Source: Gemmatimonadota bacterium
GTDB lineage: Bacteria > Gemmatimonadota > Gemmatimonadetes > Palauibacterales > KS3-K002
Assembly (NCBI GenBank): GCA_039586795.1
Contig: JBDHJS010000016.1
Coordinates: 32,001-96,000, forward strand
Length of the DNA: 64,000 bases
Direction of reading: 5' to 3'
The stretch's first letter is position 1. Each line of letters opens with the position of its first letter. Below, piece by piece: positions 30,286 to 39,373 of this stretch. Made by a program: the position numbers and the translations under genes. The notes under the pieces were generated by a model, which saw only the letters and a list, made by a program, of their open reading frames with translations, made no database searches and was not told where the DNA came from.

Positions 30286-31348
30286 ATGATCGTAGGGGTA
30301 CCCAAAGAGATCAAGACGGCTGAGAACAGGATCGCGATGGTGCCGGCCGGCGTCGAGCAGCAGCGGCTTCGACGACGCAGCGTTCGAAGCGGCAGGTGCG
30401 AAGATTTTCGACGACGTCGATGCGCTATGGGCGGAAGCGGAGATGATCGTGAAGGTGAAGGAGCCGATCGCCGAAGAGTTTCCGCGCATCAAGAGCGACC
30501 ATGTGCTCTTCACCTACTTCCACTACGCCGCAGACGAGACGCTGACGAAGGCGCTGCTCGAGAGCGGAGCGGTCTCCATCGCTTACGAGACCGTACAGCT
30601 GCCCACGGGTGAACTGCCGCTGCTAACGCCGATGAGCGAGGTGGCGGGCCGGATGGCGATTCAGGAAGGCGCGAAGTTCCTCGAGAAGACGTTCGGCGGG
30701 CTGGGAATCCTGCTGGGCGGTGTCCCGGGCGTGAAGCCGGCCGAGGTCGCGATCCTCGGCGGCGGCGTGGTCGGAACGCAGGCGGCATGGATGGCAGCCG
30801 GGCTCGGCGCCCGTGTCACCGTCCTCGACATCAACCTCGATCGCTTGCGCTATCTTGACGATGTGATGCCGAAGAACGTCGTCGGCCAGTACTCGAATCG
30901 TCACAACATCCTGGAGGCGATTCAGGCCGCCGACCTCGTCGTCGGTGCGGTCTTGTTGCCGGGCGCGAAGGCTCCTCATTTGGTCACCAAATCTGACCTC
31001 AAGCTGATGAAAGATGGAGCGGTGATCGTCGACGTCGCGGTCGATCAGGGCGGGTGCATCGAAACGGTCAAGCCGACCACACACGAGAACCCGACCTACG
31101 TGGTAGAGGGTATCATTCACTACTGCGTGGCGAACATGCCGGGTGCCGTGCCCCGCACATCGACGCTGGCGCTGACCAACGCCACCTTCTCGTACGCGAT
31201 GAAGCTGGCGGATAAGGGTTGGATCAAAGCGTGTCAGGATGACCATCCGTTGGCCCTCGGCGTCAACATGGTCGACAAGAAGGTAACGTGTCTGGGCGTC
31301 GCGGATGCGTTCGGTCTGGACTATACGCCGATAGAGGAAGTGCTGTAG
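30286..31348 (+). pseudogene. ald: Alanine dehydrogenase, frameshifted by an internal deletion near 30360
   Basis: MIVGVPKEIKTAENRIAMVPAGVEQ in one frame, SGFDDAAFEAAGAKI...KVKEP...DQGGCIET in the next; about 16-17 expected residues are absent. Confidence 0.88.
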
Positions 31349-31511
31349 ATGGTGGACGGTCGACGGTAGACAGTCGACGGTAGACGGTAGATGTTGGACG
31401 GTTTTTGGACGGAGAAGCAGCACGTATACCGTGCGTTAGATTACACGTCCGGCCATCCTCCCGCCGCAACCGTCCAGTGTCTACCGTCCACCGTCTACCG
31501 ACAACTGCCCA
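31344..31511. repeat. Heptamer-repeat fold-back element C (GGTAGAC / GTCTACC)
   Basis: tgtagat ggtggac ggtcgac ggtagac agtcgac ggtagac ggtagat gttggac ... ccgtcca gtgtcta ccgtcca ccgtcta ccgacaa. Confidence 0.88.
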
Positions 31512-31515
31512 CGCA

Positions 31516-31545
31516 TTGACCCGTACCACGTGATTCATCTACTAT
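31516..31545 (+). promoter_or_regulatory. sigma70-type promoter of the mre operon
   Basis: TTGACC-N18-TACTAT upstream of mreB. Confidence 0.6.
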
Positions 31546-31639
31546 TCAAGGCTAAGGGCTACCCTGTCCGCCCATTCCTGGGAAGTGGGGCTTGGAAGGC
31601 GGTGTGCTCCCGCCCACCGCTGGGAGGAAGCTGATCCAT

Positions 31640-32677
31640 ATGGGCTTCGGATGGTTCAATTCCGGTAGGCTGCTACCGGTCAACGACATAGCCGTCGACC
31701 TGGGCACAGCCAACACGCTGATCTACGTGAAGGGCGAAGGGATCGTCCTGAACGAGCCGTCGGTGGTGGCTGTCGAGAAGACGAACGGCAAGGTGCTGGG
31801 CGTAGGGCTCGAGGCAAAGGGTATGCTGGGCCGAACGCCGGGTGGCATCGAGGCGGTGCGACCGCTGAAGGACGGAGTGATCGCTGATGTGGATGTCAGC
31901 GAGTTGATGCTTCGTCACTTCCTAAAGATGGTGACGGCGAAGCGGGTGTTTCGTCTCAAGCCACGAGTTGTGATCGGAGTCCCGTCGGGTATCACGGAGC
32001 TGGAGCGCCGGGCGGTGCGCGCCGGAGCTCAGGCGGCCGGTGCCAAAGAAGTCTATATGGTGGCCGAGCCGATGGCGGCGGCGATTGGGGTAGGTTTGCC
32101 GGTGGAGACACCGACCGGAAACATGGTGATCGACATCGGCGGAGGTACGACGGAGATCGCTGTTATCGCTCTGGGTGGGATCGTCTCCGACACATCGATA
32201 CGCGTGGGTGGTGACGAGATCGACGCGGCGATCATCACGTTTCTGCGGAAGAGCTACAACCTGCTGATCGGTGAACCGACAGCGGAAGCGATAAAGATTC
32301 AGATCGGATCGGCGGCTCCGGTAGGCGACGAGCGGGAAATGGATGTAAAGGGTCGCGACCTGGTCTCCGGGATCCCGAAGACGGTGAGGATCCACTCGGA
32401 GGAGGTACGGGAGCACATTCAGGAGCCGATTCTGCAGATCGTAGAAGCCGTTCGCCGTGCCCTTGAGATAACACCGCCCGAGCTTGCCAGCGACATCGTC
32501 GATCGTGGGATCGTAATGACTGGGGGAGGCTCGTTGATCCGCGGCCTTGATCGCCTGCTTCAAGAGGAAACGAACCTACCGATCCACGTAGACGAGGAGC
32601 CGCTGACATGTGTTGTCCGCGGTGCGGGGCGCATTCTCGATGACTTGCCCAGATATCGTGGAGTGCTGTCCGTCTGA
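31640..32677 (+). CDS. mreB: Rod shape-determining actin MreB
   Basis: AVDLGTANT, NEPSVVA, RPLKDGVIAD, DIGGGTTE, MTGGGSL; GGGAGG SD. Confidence 0.98.
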   Translation: MGFGWFNSGRLLPVNDIAVDLGTANTLIYVKGEGIVLNEPSVVAVEKTNGKVLGVGLEAKGMLGRTPGGIEAVRPLKDGVIADVDVSELMLRHFLKMVTAKRVFRLKPRVVIGVPSGITELERRAVRAGAQAAGAKEVYMVAEPMAAAIGVGLPVETPTGNMVIDIGGGTTEIAVIALGGIVSDTSIRVGGDEIDAAIITFLRKSYNLLIGEPTAEAIKIQIGSAAPVGDEREMDVKGRDLVSGIPKTVRIHSEEVREHIQEPILQIVEAVRRALEITPPELASDIVDRGIVMTGGGSLIRGLDRLLQEETNLPIHVDEEPLTCVVRGAGRILDDLPRYRGVLSV

Positions 32678-33531
32678 ATCGTTCCGGCAGTAACCCCGAG
32701 TCCGGCGGCTGGCGAGTTGCGCGCCGTGACTTTCTTTTCCTGATCTTCCTCCTGCTCGCCGCGGTCGTGCTGATGGCGCTACCGCACGAGCGCCAGCTCG
32801 CGATGGCGACGACGTTGCGTTCTTCTGTTCTCGTCCCGGTCCTCCGCCTACAAACCGCGTTCTCTGACATGAGCGCGATGCGCGTTCATCTTGAGGAGCT
32901 TCGACGCGAGCGGGACAACCTGGCGGCCCGCGTTCTGGCTCTGCAGGGCGTAGATGAGGAGAACTCGCGGTTGCGGGCACTCATCGGCCTGGCCGAGCGC
33001 GGCGATGTGCTCTTCGTTCCTGCGAACCTCGATCCCGAGGGGCGAGCTGGGGAACGGGTCAAGCGGTCGTTCGTGCTCGACCGGGGCGCGTCCGACGGGA
33101 TCCTCAAGGACGCACCGGTGGTGGCACCGAGTGGCTTGGTCGGCGTGGTTCGGATCGCTGCTCAAGGGCAAGCGACAGGGGACTTCTGGACGCACCCCGA
33201 TTTCCGCGCCAGCGCGATGACGGCCGACGGTCGCGTTTTCGGGATCATCAGGCCGCAGAGCGGGCAGTCGGTGATGGTGCTGGATGGGGCCCCCTATCAG
33301 GTAGAGCTGGATCCAGGGACGGAGATCGTCACCTCGGGTATGGGCGGCGTGTTCCCCCGGGGCATTCCGATCGGTCGAGTCGTCGAAGAGTTGAGCCAGC
33401 AGGCCGGCTGGGCAAAGAGCTATACCGTGCAGCCGGCGGTATATCCGGATGCGGTTCGCGAGGTCATGGTGGTGATCGAAGCCGGTGATGCCGATCTGAC
33501 CGCGGTATGGACGGTCGAGGACGAGGAATGA
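32674..33531 (+). CDS. mreC: Rod shape-determining protein MreC (probable CTG start)
   Basis: Coiled coil ENSRLRALI, GLVGVV, TSGMGGVFPRGIPIG; the TM anchor lies upstream of the first GTG/ATG. Confidence 0.9.
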   Translation: MNRSGSNPESGGWRVARRDFLFLIFLLLAAVVLMALPHERQLAMATTLRSSVLVPVLRLQTAFSDMSAMRVHLEELRRERDNLAARVLALQGVDEENSRLRALIGLAERGDVLFVPANLDPEGRAGERVKRSFVLDRGASDGILKDAPVVAPSGLVGVVRIAAQGQATGDFWTHPDFRASAMTADGRVFGIIRPQSGQSVMVLDGAPYQVELDPGTEIVTSGMGGVFPRGIPIGRVVEELSQQAGWAKSYTVQPAVYPDAVREVMVVIEAGDADLTAVWTVEDEE

Positions 33532-34001
33532 TCGTCGTCGAGCGACGCGGAATCCGGGCGGGGGTCATCCTGATGATCCTGCTTCTCGCGTTCCTGCACT
33601 TCCTGCTTGGCCCGTTGTTCGATTCATGGTTCTTCAGCCCCAATCTGTTGGTGTGTGGCGTGCTGCTGGCGGCTCGCCAGATTCGACCGGCTGGAGCCGC
33701 ATCGATCGGGTTCGTTATGGGCCTGCTCGAGGATGCGATGGTCGTCAGCCATTTCGGACTGGCAGCGCTACTGCTGTTGTTGCTTGGCTACCTGGGTTCG
33801 CTGACTCGCGATCTATTCGTGGGCGAGGAGTTGCTGTTCATGGGTACATACCTGTTCGTCGGGACGTGGTTGTACGAGGCGGCGGCCTTCCTGGCGATCG
33901 GCGGTAACTCTTTGATGTTCGTGTTTCTGCAGGCGCCGCTCGACGCACTGGCGACTGGCGCTGTTGGTTATCTGATGATTCCGTTCATGAGGCCGAGATG
34001 A
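33528..34001 (+). CDS. mreD: Rod shape-determining protein MreD
   Basis: Hydrophobic; PNLL, GFVMGLLED; ATGA overlaps at both ends. Confidence 0.85.
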   Translation: MIVVERRGIRAGVILMILLLAFLHFLLGPLFDSWFFSPNLLVCGVLLAARQIRPAGAASIGFVMGLLEDAMVVSHFGLAALLLLLLGYLGSLTRDLFVGEELLFMGTYLFVGTWLYEAAAFLAIGGNSLMFVFLQAPLDALATGAVGYLMIPFMRPR

Positions 34002-35797
34002 GCCCGGTCATTGAGACGAGCGAGACCCAGAGAAAAGGCAGGGCGCGGATCGCGCGCTGGGTGGCGGCGCTGGTCATCCTCGGGCTCGCCGTGCAGTTCT
34101 TCCGGGTCCAGATCCTCAAGGGTACGACGTACGCCCTCCGATCCGAGGACAATCGAATTCGAAGCCTGCCGCTCCCGGCTGCACGTGGTACGATCTACGA
34201 CCGCAACGGAGCCGTTATCGCCGAGAACGTCCCCGGCTATTCCATAGCTGTTCTGCCGCTCTCGATCGACTCGCTTCGTGTGGCGCTGGAGGAGCTGGCT
34301 GTGGTCCTCGGTCACTCGAACGAGAAGATCGATGCGTTGATGGAGACCTACCGCCAGCACCCCAACCGACCGATCACGGTGGAGAGCGACGCTACTTTTG
34401 CCGAAGTCTCAGCCATCGAGGAGCATCGGGCACACTTGCCCGGCGGCATCGTCATCGAAGCGGCGCCCAAGCGGCACTACCCGTTCGGCGAATTGCTGGC
34501 CCACGTGATCGGGTACATAGCCGAGATCAGCGACGAAGAGCTGGCGCTGCCCGAGTTCGAGGATTATGGCCCGGGCCGCCTGGTGGGGCAGACCGGGGTC
34601 GAGCGAGTCTACGATCGGCAGCTCGCCGGTACGCCTGGCGTGCGCTACGTGGAGGTCAACGCTTTGGGCAGAGTGGTCGGTGATTTCGGGGGACGCTCGT
34701 CATTGCCTGCGGTGCCCGGCAACGATCTGCGCCTGAACATCGACATAGGGCTCCAGAGCTACATCGCCGAGCTGTTCCCCGACACGATGCGGGGCGCAGT
34801 CGTGGCGCTCGAACCGTCTACCGGCGCCGTGCTGGCGATGTACAGTGCGCCTAGCTTCGATCCCAATGTGTTCCTTGGAGGGGTGGAGCCGGCCGAATGG
34901 CGGGCGCTGAATACCGATCCCGGACGGCCGATGTTCAACCGGGCGGTGACAGCGACGTATGCCCCGGGGTCAACGTTCAAGCTAGTGATCGCCGGGATCG
35001 CTATGAAGGAAGGCGATGCGGAGATCGACACAAAGATGCCGATCGTCTGCCGCGGAGCGCTCATGTACTACGGTCGAGTGTTCCACGACTGGACGCCGTC
35101 AGGGCATGGCGACCTCGATTTGAACGGTGCGATCCGCGAAAGCTGCGATGTCTATTTCTACCAGCTGGGGCTGAAGGTGACCCTGAACGAGGTGCTCGCC
35201 AGTACGCCCGAGTTCGGCTTCGGGAGGCCAACAGGTATCGATTTGCCCTCCGACATCAGCGGTGCTTTCCCACCCGACACCGCCTGGTACACGCGACGCT
35301 ATGGACCGAGCGGTTGGACCAATTCGGTCGTCCTGAATCTCGCCATCGGGCAAGGCGAAAACGCGCAGAGCCCGCTCAAGATGAGTCAGGTCTTCGCCGC
35401 GCTAGCCACCGACGGAACGCTGCCAACGCCCAGAGTGAGCGCAAATGGTGGGCCGGCGGAACCCGCCGGACGGTTGCCTCTGACTCAGGAGCAGCTGGAG
35501 CAGCTGAAATTCGCGCTTGTCGAGGTCGTCAACTCATCGACGGGCACCGCCAGAGGGTCGCGCGTGTGGAACTGGACGATGGCCGGGAAGACGGGGACAT
35601 CCCAGAACCCGCACGGGCTGGACCATGCCTGGTTCGTGGGATTCGCGCCGGCCGAAGATCCAGTCATCGTCGCCGCGGCGATCGTCGAGCACGGTGAACA
35701 CGGATCCTCGGCAGCGGCGCCGATCGTTTCGCGCCTGATCGCTCGTTATCTGGAGAATCAGCAGTCGACCGCAAGTGAAGAGCCGACGGTCGAATGA
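33998..35797 (+). CDS. mrdA: Penicillin-binding protein 2
   Basis: RGTIYDRNG, PGSTFK (SxxK), SCD in SxN position, AGKTGT. Confidence 0.95.
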   Translation: MSPVIETSETQRKGRARIARWVAALVILGLAVQFFRVQILKGTTYALRSEDNRIRSLPLPAARGTIYDRNGAVIAENVPGYSIAVLPLSIDSLRVALEELAVVLGHSNEKIDALMETYRQHPNRPITVESDATFAEVSAIEEHRAHLPGGIVIEAAPKRHYPFGELLAHVIGYIAEISDEELALPEFEDYGPGRLVGQTGVERVYDRQLAGTPGVRYVEVNALGRVVGDFGGRSSLPAVPGNDLRLNIDIGLQSYIAELFPDTMRGAVVALEPSTGAVLAMYSAPSFDPNVFLGGVEPAEWRALNTDPGRPMFNRAVTATYAPGSTFKLVIAGIAMKEGDAEIDTKMPIVCRGALMYYGRVFHDWTPSGHGDLDLNGAIRESCDVYFYQLGLKVTLNEVLASTPEFGFGRPTGIDLPSDISGAFPPDTAWYTRRYGPSGWTNSVVLNLAIGQGENAQSPLKMSQVFAALATDGTLPTPRVSANGGPAEPAGRLPLTQEQLEQLKFALVEVVNSSTGTARGSRVWNWTMAGKTGTSQNPHGLDHAWFVGFAPAEDPVIVAAAIVEHGEHGSSAAAPIVSRLIARYLENQQSTASEEPTVE

Positions 35798-37029
35798 TCA
35801 GGGAGAAGGAAAGTCCGCTACTGGGGATCGGCGACGGAGTCATACTGTTGCTGGCGATCGCGCTCGCCTTCTTCGGTGTGGCGATGATCTATTCGGCTGG
35901 CGAGCTCGAGATACCGTCGTCGGTGACGGGGATATGGCGAAAGCAAGCGATCTGGCTCGCCGTTGCACTGCTAGCGTTTGCGTTGACGCTACGAGTGTCT
36001 CTGCGTTGGCTGGAGTGGGTCGCGCCGATCTCCTACGTGCTTGCTATCGTTCTCCTTGTAGCCGTTCTGTTCGTTAGTACTGGCAGCGGCCCGCGCAGTT
36101 GGATCCGGTTTGGCGGGGTCGGTTTCCAGCCGTCGGAGTTTGCGAAGCTAGCAACGATCTTGATGCTGGCGAAGCTGGTCGCTAACCGCGAGCGAGAGCC
36201 GGATCATCTCTGGGACCTCTGGCCGTACCTTGTGGTGACGCTGATTCCGTTCGCGCTCATCATGGCAGAGCCCGACCTCGGCACAGCTTCAGTCTTCGTC
36301 GCGATTCTTGTGGCGGCGCTCTATTGGTCTGGCCTCTCGATTCCAAAGCTGGTTCTGTTCCTTAGCCCCCTGGTGAGCCTGGCGCTGGCGTTTTCGACGC
36401 CGCTCTGGGGTCTCTGGTTCTTGCTTCTCGTGGCCTTTCTCTACCTCACGCGCTCCTACTTGATGGAGTCGTTGACGATCATCTTCGCGAATCTTGCCAT
36501 GGGCGTACTGGTTTTGCCGGCCTGGCGCAGCCTTGCCACATACCAGAAGGTTCGCATCCTCGCTTTCATCACTCCGGAAGCTGACCCTCAGGGAGCCGGT
36601 TGGCACCTCATTCAGTCGCAGGTCGCCATCGGATCGGGCGGCTGGTTGGGGAAAGGGTTCCTTCAGGGGACTCAAAAGCGACTCGCATTTCTGCCGGAAC
36701 AGCACACCGACTTTATCTTCGCGGTGGTGGGTGAAGAGTTTGGATTCTTCGGGATCAGCCTCGTGCTACTCGGCTTCATCATTTTGCTGTGGCGTGTGCT
36801 GCTCATAGCGGAGCGCTCGGAAGATACGTTCGCATCGATGGTCGTATTCGGGGTCGGCGCGTTCTGGTTCGCGCATCTCGTCGCGAACGTCGGAATGACG
36901 GTCGGGTTGCTGCCGATCACCGGGTTGCCACTGCCGTTCCTGAGTTATGGTGGCAGCTTTCTTCTCATGTCCTTCATCGCCTTGGCGATCGTTCAGCGCG
37001 TTGCCGTCGAAAACAGGGTCGGCGGCTAG
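35794..37029 (+). CDS. rodA: Rod shape-determining SEDS protein RodA
   Basis: FQPSEFAK, PDLGTA, IGSGGWLGKG, PEQHTDFIF, PITGLPLPFLSYGGS. Confidence 0.96.
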   Translation: MIREKESPLLGIGDGVILLLAIALAFFGVAMIYSAGELEIPSSVTGIWRKQAIWLAVALLAFALTLRVSLRWLEWVAPISYVLAIVLLVAVLFVSTGSGPRSWIRFGGVGFQPSEFAKLATILMLAKLVANREREPDHLWDLWPYLVVTLIPFALIMAEPDLGTASVFVAILVAALYWSGLSIPKLVLFLSPLVSLALAFSTPLWGLWFLLLVAFLYLTRSYLMESLTIIFANLAMGVLVLPAWRSLATYQKVRILAFITPEADPQGAGWHLIQSQVAIGSGGWLGKGFLQGTQKRLAFLPEQHTDFIFAVVGEEFGFFGISLVLLGFIILLWRVLLIAERSEDTFASMVVFGVGAFWFAHLVANVGMTVGLLPITGLPLPFLSYGGSFLLMSFIALAIVQRVAVENRVGG

Positions 37030-37143
37030 GCTGTCAGGCATTGCGGCGATAGGCAAAGCCTGTGATCTTTCAAAGCTCGATTATCGAGGGGTGCGGCCGG
37101 GAGGCCGCGGCCGTCAAGCAGAAATCCGCCCGATAGGCAGCGT

Positions 37144-37980
37144 ATGGCCTGGTTCCGTAAAGAAAAGAAGCGGCTCGTAAGACAGAAACGGGAGTTGCCA
37201 CCCGACGTGTGGACCAAGTGCGACTCGTGCGGGGAGATCATCTACCGCGAGAAACTTGCCGAGACGTTCTTCACGTGCCCGAAGTGCGAGTTCCATTTCC
37301 GGATCGGGCCGGAGGGCTATGCGGACTTGCTTCTCGACAACTCTCTGGAACAGGAATTCGATTCCGGGATGACCTCGGTCGATCCCCTGCGATTTCACGG
37401 ACCGACCGCGTACGCTGACCGATACGAGAAGGCGCTGAGAAAGAGCCCGCGCAAAGAGGCTGTGCTAACCGGCAGCGGCCACGTCAACGGGCTCGGCGTT
37501 TGTTTCGGTGTCATGGATTTCGGGTTCATTGGTGGCTCGATGGGCTCGGTCGTCGGCGAAAAGATCGCGCGTGTAGCCGAGGTTGCCCTCGATAGCAAGC
37601 AGCCGTTGATTCTCGTATCGGCATCCGGCGGAGCACGAATGATGGAAGGTGTGCTGTCGCTCATGCAGATGGCCAAGACGTCCAGCGCGCTTGGGCGTCT
37701 GCACAAATCGAGCATCCCATACCTCTCCGTTCTAACTCACCCGACAACCGGCGGCGTTACAGCTTCCTTCGCCATGCTCGGTGATGTCATCATCGCCGAA
37801 CCGGGCGCGTTGATCGGCTTTGCTGGCCCGCGAGTGATCGAGCAAACGATCGGCCAGGAGCTACCGGACGGGTTCCAACGAGCTGAGTTCCTGCTGGAGC
37901 ACGGAATGGTCGATGTCGTCGTCCCGAGACCGGAGCTCAAGACCACGACCTCCAGGTTGCTGCAGCATATGGTGGGGTGA
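37144..37980 (+). CDS. accD: Acetyl-CoA carboxylase carboxyltransferase beta subunit
   Basis: C4 zinc finger, GGSMGSVVGEK, GGARMMEG, GFAGPRVIEQT. Confidence 0.97.
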   Translation: MAWFRKEKKRLVRQKRELPPDVWTKCDSCGEIIYREKLAETFFTCPKCEFHFRIGPEGYADLLLDNSLEQEFDSGMTSVDPLRFHGPTAYADRYEKALRKSPRKEAVLTGSGHVNGLGVCFGVMDFGFIGGSMGSVVGEKIARVAEVALDSKQPLILVSASGGARMMEGVLSLMQMAKTSSALGRLHKSSIPYLSVLTHPTTGGVTASFAMLGDVIIAEPGALIGFAGPRVIEQTIGQELPDGFQRAEFLLEHGMVDVVVPRPELKTTTSRLLQHMVG

Positions 37981-38029
37981 TTCGCCCGCCGTCTACCGCC
38001 CACCGCCAGCCGTCATATAATTAGGCGCC

Positions 38030-39364
38030 ATGAATAAGCTAAATGCTCCGGCGGTTGCATCGCTGGAGTCCCCGGACCTTGCCGGGTTGCTGGGTCTCAA
38101 GCCCACCGGCGAGATCCGTTGGGGACTGAGACGAACGCGGACCATGCTGCACGCGGTGGGCCGACCCCACATGGCGTTCAGGTCCATCCACATCGGTGGA
38201 ACGAACGGCAAGGGATCGGTGGCGGCGATGGTCGCGAGCGTTCTGCAGCGGGCGGGGAACAGGGTCGGTCTGTACACGTCGCCGCACCTGGTGGATTTCC
38301 GCGAGCGCATCCGCGTGTCCGGCCACGCGGTCGATGAGGAAGTGTTGGCCGCGGCGGCGCGGCGACTGAGGCCGGTAGCCGAAGAAGTGAACGCGACGTT
38401 CTTCGAGACGTCCACGGCGCTCGCGTTTCTCTGCTTCGCCGAGCTGGACGTCGAGTTTGTCGTCGCCGAAGTCGGCCTTGGGGGTCGCCTTGATGCGACG
38501 AATGTGTTGCTGCCGGATGTGGCGGCTATCACGAATGTGGCTTGGGACCATTCAGACTATCTGGGGCACACGCTTGCATCGATCGCGGGTGAGAAGGCCG
38601 GGATAGCCAAACCCGGAATACCTCTGGCGCTTGGCCGCCTCGATCCGGAAGCTGGACGCATAGTCCGTGAGACCGCGCAACGGGTGGGTGCGCCGCTTGC
38701 GCAGTTGGGATATGACGCTGGTGTGAGGCGTATTCGGACAAGCAAACGGCGAACGGAGATGGAATACGTGGGGCCGCTGTCCGACGAGCCGATCAACCTG
38801 AGTTTGCCGCTACTTGGCGCGCACCAGGCGTGGAACGCCGGGTTGGCGGCGCTCATCGTGCAGAGCGGTCCCGAGGAGTGGCGTCCCCAGCCGAACGAGA
38901 TTGCCCAGGGCATTGAAGGAGTCAGCTGGCCGGGCCGACTGCAGGTGGCGAAGAGACGTGACCGAACGTGGGTTCTCGATGTAGCTCACAACACGGTGGC
39001 CGTGGACGCGCTGGCCCAGGGTTTGACCGGTCTCGATCTGGACGGACCGTTCGCGTTGGTCGTCGCCATCATGGGTGACAAGCCCTGGCCTGAGATGTTG
39101 CCGCCGCTGATGGCGTTTGCCGATGCCTCCATCTTCACAGTCGCCCCAAGCTCGCCGCCGGAGCGGCGCTGGGATGCGGAGAGCGTTGCCGGCGCGATCT
39201 CGAGTTACTCCGTCGAGGTGATCGTTGACTTCGAACAGGCGTTGAAACGGGCTGCGGAGCTAGCGCCGACGATCGTTGTCACGGGATCGAATCACACGGT
39301 GGGTGACGCAATGAAACTCCTGGATATCCCGGTCGGGTTGCTGGGCCTGAGCCGGGGCGGATAG
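38030..39364 (+). CDS. folC: Folylpolyglutamate synthase/dihydrofolate synthase
   Basis: GTNGKGS, YTSPHL, EVGLGGRLDATN, WPGRLQ, LDVAHN. Confidence 0.95.
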   Translation: MNKLNAPAVASLESPDLAGLLGLKPTGEIRWGLRRTRTMLHAVGRPHMAFRSIHIGGTNGKGSVAAMVASVLQRAGNRVGLYTSPHLVDFRERIRVSGHAVDEEVLAAAARRLRPVAEEVNATFFETSTALAFLCFAELDVEFVVAEVGLGGRLDATNVLLPDVAAITNVAWDHSDYLGHTLASIAGEKAGIAKPGIPLALGRLDPEAGRIVRETAQRVGAPLAQLGYDAGVRRIRTSKRRTEMEYVGPLSDEPINLSLPLLGAHQAWNAGLAALIVQSGPEEWRPQPNEIAQGIEGVSWPGRLQVAKRRDRTWVLDVAHNTVAVDALAQGLTGLDLDGPFALVVAIMGDKPWPEMLPPLMAFADASIFTVAPSSPPERRWDAESVAGAISSYSVEVIVDFEQALKRAAELAPTIVVTGSNHTVGDAMKLLDIPVGLLGLSRGG

Positions 39365-39373
39365 ATTCGCGCG

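Noticed and set aside
30350..30370. Programmed frameshift in ald
   Set aside because: There is no slippery sequence, and conserved residues are physically missing, so recoding could not restore the protein.
31344..31511. Repeat arrays as CRISPR
   Set aside because: The units are 7 nt, contiguous and inverted, with no unique spacers and no cas genes.
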